DNA of 64,000 nucleotides from a virus: IMG/VR virus record IMGVR_UViG_2597490185_000004, positions 43,004 to 107,003 of that record; one strand, 5' to 3'. Shown piece by piece: positions 61,234 to 64,000 of this stretch (position 1 is its first letter; each line of letters starts with the position of its first letter). The notes under the pieces were generated by a model. It saw only the letters and a program-made list of their open reading frames with translations, ran no database searches and was not told where the DNA came from. The position numbers and the translations under genes were made by a program.

Positions 61234-61381
61234 TAATCCGTTTTATTATTAAAACCGAGGGGTCATTACCCCTTATTTTCATAAGGCAGGAGAATTTTAT
61301 TCTGGCACCCGCATTTTGTTGTCTATACTGCCTCTCTCAGTATAGACAGCCATTTTTTAATGACCTCTGAGAGACACATTT

Positions 61382-61648
61382 ATGCATAAAATTATATCAA
61401 GAGCCATTGGTCAACGTATCCGAATGCGACGGGAAATATTGGGTTGGAATATGCAGACATTAGTCGAAAAAATGGGTCTGTCTCAGCAACAACTGTCCAG
61501 ATACGAATCAGGTGATAGTCAAGTCACCGCGCGTAGACTATTTCATATTGCCGTCATATTAGACACCGATATTCATTGGTTTTTTGCGGATTGTAATCTC
61601 CATGTAGAAAAACATCGCCATGAAAACCATTGGGATCGTCATTCCTAG
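61382..61648 (+). CDS. XRE-family HTH regulator
   Basis: IGQRIRMRR...LSQQQLSRYESG. Confidence 0.85.
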   Translation: MHKIISRAIGQRIRMRREILGWNMQTLVEKMGLSQQQLSRYESGDSQVTARRLFHIAVILDTDIHWFFADCNLHVEKHRHENHWDRHS

Positions 61649-62089
61649 CGTAAACGATAATGATACCACCTCTCATCAGCAGGCTTATGTATGCTCAATC
61701 GATGAGTCAAGAGCAGCGTTTCTGAATATTTTTTTTCAAATAGCGACCAACAAAGGGGAGTTTTTGATGACAGTACCAGAAAATATCTTCAATCGGATAT
61801 CGACCTGCGCATCACCAAGGTCAGGGCCTTAATTTTAGACCGAACGCCAGCGGAAATCTGCCAGTTAGTAACTGATTCTGTTTCTGTCCGTGATTTAATG
61901 ATGGCGCTGAACTATTTTAATGCTTTAAATCGGCAAAGAGACCGATCTGACGATAAAAATCTGCATTACGATTTTTCAAAATCCATTGAAAATCTCGAAA
62001 TCGCGCTTTCGGTACTTGCCGATACACCTCAAGACGAAGCCCTAACAGAAACGGGTATTATCTTAAATCAGAACCACCCGCATAGCGGG

Positions 62090-62815
62090 CTGTCTCTTGA
62101 TCACAAGTCTTGCTCGATAGACTGTGCCAGCTCATAACCTTCAAGGATGGCTTGTAATCTTAGCCATCCTTCCCACAACGTTTTGACTGAGGCTCTACCA
62201 TTTTGCTTGCTATTTTTCCAACCGCCTAATTTGGCAAGGTGCTCGTAAGCCCATTTAGCCGTAGGTGGGATTTCAGGAAGCGCTATGTTTTCACTTTGAA
62301 GCCAAAGGAGTTTCCAAGCTTTTGGTGACAATATTTTTTCACAGTGAATATCTTCATATTGTTCATTAGCAAATTTTAATTGGAATAGCCTGACCGCTAA
62401 AAAAGCATAAATTGTCGCTAATCTATCGAGATTATTTTTGCTTTGAACTCTGAGTTTTTCTACATGAGTCCCTTCGCTTTTCCAGATTTTATGATATTCC
62501 TCGATTAGCCAACGTTTTTCGTAATAACCCACGATTTTAAGGGCATCATCTTTATTATTGATTGGCTCATTCGTTAAGATATGCCAAATGAGCTTCTTAT
62601 CCTCACTGCCTATTTCTGAGCAGCCTACATAGTAGAGAGGAATTGCACTCCCCTTTCTATTGGACGGGGTTTTCAATGTGACAGGCGCATATTTTATATC
62701 AAGCGTCACGGTTTTTGCTTTCCGTCCCCCTCTTTGAGCTAACCGTATTTGTCGTTGCCCGACACTCTTAAGCTCGGAGGCAAATTGATATAATTTATTT
62801 GAGGAGCCATTGGTC
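62090..62815 (-). mobile_element. truncated IS4-family (IS50/Tn5-like) element
   Basis: W.ILTNEP, YEKRWLIEEYHK.WKS, LAKLGGW, LWEGW; end CTGTCTCTTGATCACAAGT resembles the IS50 inside end; 5' half missing. Confidence 0.88.
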
Positions 62816-63125
62816 GATCCGGATAGTTTTCAATGGATGGATCGTAATGGTCGTAAAACATGATGCGACTGGCTTTATATTCCGTCAGCATCATTAATAA
62901 AGCGGGGCAAGCGACGTTATCCAAAGCATATGTGCACTCTTTAAACATGCCAGCCCTCCCAAGGCGCTTTTCTTTCTTAGCCTTAACGATGTGCTGGCAT
63001 AGTGTGTATGACTGTAGATTTCCGGTTGTGTCGCAGTGGATGCGAAAAGCATTGGTGGGGCATAACGATTTATCTACGCCTTCTGGCAAATTTGTAACAC
63101 TTTCTTTTACTTTTAACTCGTACAT
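62739..63125 (-). CDS. Cys/His-rich phage protein, 3' end fused to the IS remnant
   Basis: HC....SYTLCQH...C..A....CPA; the last ~25 codons run into IS sequence. Confidence 0.6.
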   Translation of the reverse strand: MYELKVKESVTNLPEGVDKSLCPTNAFRIHCDTTGNLQSYTLCQHIVKAKKEKRLGRAGMFKECTYALDNVACPALLMMLTEYKASRIMFYDHYDPSIENYPDRPMAPQINYINLPPSLRVSGNDKYG

Positions 63126-63214
63126 AATTATAGCCTTATGATAGTTATGCGCTTACGTATTTTATAAGCGCATAATATCGTAATGATAGAGGCGAAAAAC
63201 TAATTTAAAACGGT

Positions 63215-63919
63215 TTAGAACATGCCAGCCATGCCAGCCAATTTTGATCCACGTAACTGAATATCCGCAATAGAAGACGAGGCCGCTTTCAAGCCGTAGG
63301 AAATCGCTTGCTCTTTCATCATCCCCATCTCTGCAACAGCTTGAGAGGTAAGACGTGCAGAGCGATTGATTATATTGTCAGCGAAAGAGTTGGCGAGCTG
63401 AATTAAGTCTAAGCCAGAGTTCAACTGTGTCATAATTTGCACCCCTTGATGATCCTTAATATGTCGCAATACATCACCTGATTCGCCTTTAACAGTATGA
63501 TAATCAGGCATAGTTGCCGATACTTTATTGTTAAATAGCAATTCCAAAGAGGCAAAGCCTGAGTTTTCCGGTAGTTTATTTTCATGTAATACGGCGTGAA
63601 ATTCCGCCATTGGCATGCCGATAAATTCTTCGTCGGATTGTTTTCTGTACTCACGGGTAAACGAATCAAAAACCTTCAGTGGTGGCTTAGAATCAAAATC
63701 AGAAGTAACGGCCACCAGCATATTGTCACAAAATCCAATCATGTAAGTGAGAGGCGTTCTGACCTTTAATTTGGCTGATTTCTTAATAAAATCAATCATA
63801 TAAACTAAATCGAATAAGGAATCTGAATCGCGCAGACGGATGTGCTGAATCTCAAGACACACTTTATCAGGGCTGTAAAAAAACGTTTCTGACGTGAGGC
63901 GTTCAAATTCACGCTCCAT
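63215..63919 (-). CDS. hypothetical phage protein
   Basis: 234 aa ORF; another ORF continues beyond the window end. Confidence 0.7.
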   Translation of the reverse strand: MEREFERLTSETFFYSPDKVCLEIQHIRLRDSDSLFDLVYMIDFIKKSAKLKVRTPLTYMIGFCDNMLVAVTSDFDSKPPLKVFDSFTREYRKQSDEEFIGMPMAEFHAVLHENKLPENSGFASLELLFNNKVSATMPDYHTVKGESGDVLRHIKDHQGVQIMTQLNSGLDLIQLANSFADNIINRSARLTSQAVAEMGMMKEQAISYGLKAASSSIADIQLRGSKLAGMAGMF

Positions 63920-64000
63920 TGTTTCGATACCAGTACTGATAATATCTGGTTGTTCGTCAGTCTCAACACCGTTGAATCCGTCAAGAGCCTTAATCTTTTC

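Noticed and set aside
1-64000. tRNA or rRNA genes
   Set aside because: No cloverleaf with T-loop GTTCGA and acceptor stem was recognised by eye; a tRNAscan-SE run is needed to exclude them fully.

Overview
The window reads as the replication, recombination and nucleotide-metabolism half of an SSU5/pHCM2/pMT1-type phage-plasmid. Backbone genes include an SF2 helicase, DUF4942 and Dam-like methyltransferases, a DnaQ-like exonuclease, DHFR, ThyA, a MazG-like protein, NrdAB, a RuvC-like resolvase, SbcCD-like nucleases, a RepFIB/P1-type RepA with iterons, RecA/UvsX, a 5'-3' exonuclease, an SSB, DnaE, a MoxR AAA/vWA pair, an HTH repressor and a tyrosine integrase. No capsid, terminase or tail operon lies in this window. 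Three accessory zones interrupt the backbone: about 1.9-5.4 kb, 13.5-20 kb (a toxin-antitoxin/IS hotspot) and 55-62.8 kb (AT-rich cargo). Their Rpn, DUF3396, Ner/c4 and HTH fragments resemble Xenorhabdus/Photorhabdus DNA; this host assignment is inference. Main observations: (1) the last 12 bp of ccdB lie between perfect 15-bp inverted repeats, and flipping them turns the present ...NLIFPRT* end into the canonical gyrase-poisoning ...NLMFWGI*, a candidate micro-inversion toxin switch; (2) a low-GC HBL/ClyA-like toxin gene is paired with a small putative OB-fold partner; (3) an operator-controlled ~160-nt RNA with GGA-loop hairpins may be a CsrA sponge or attenuator; (4) about 15 copies of a ~16-bp operator-like motif mark a phage regulon; (5) there is a stand-alone gp38-type adhesin and an Acb2/Tad1-like small protein; (6) a strand-asymmetric non-coding region lies next to repeated TTTCCCGTAGGCAA sites. 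All family assignments come from motif recognition by eye; no searches were run.
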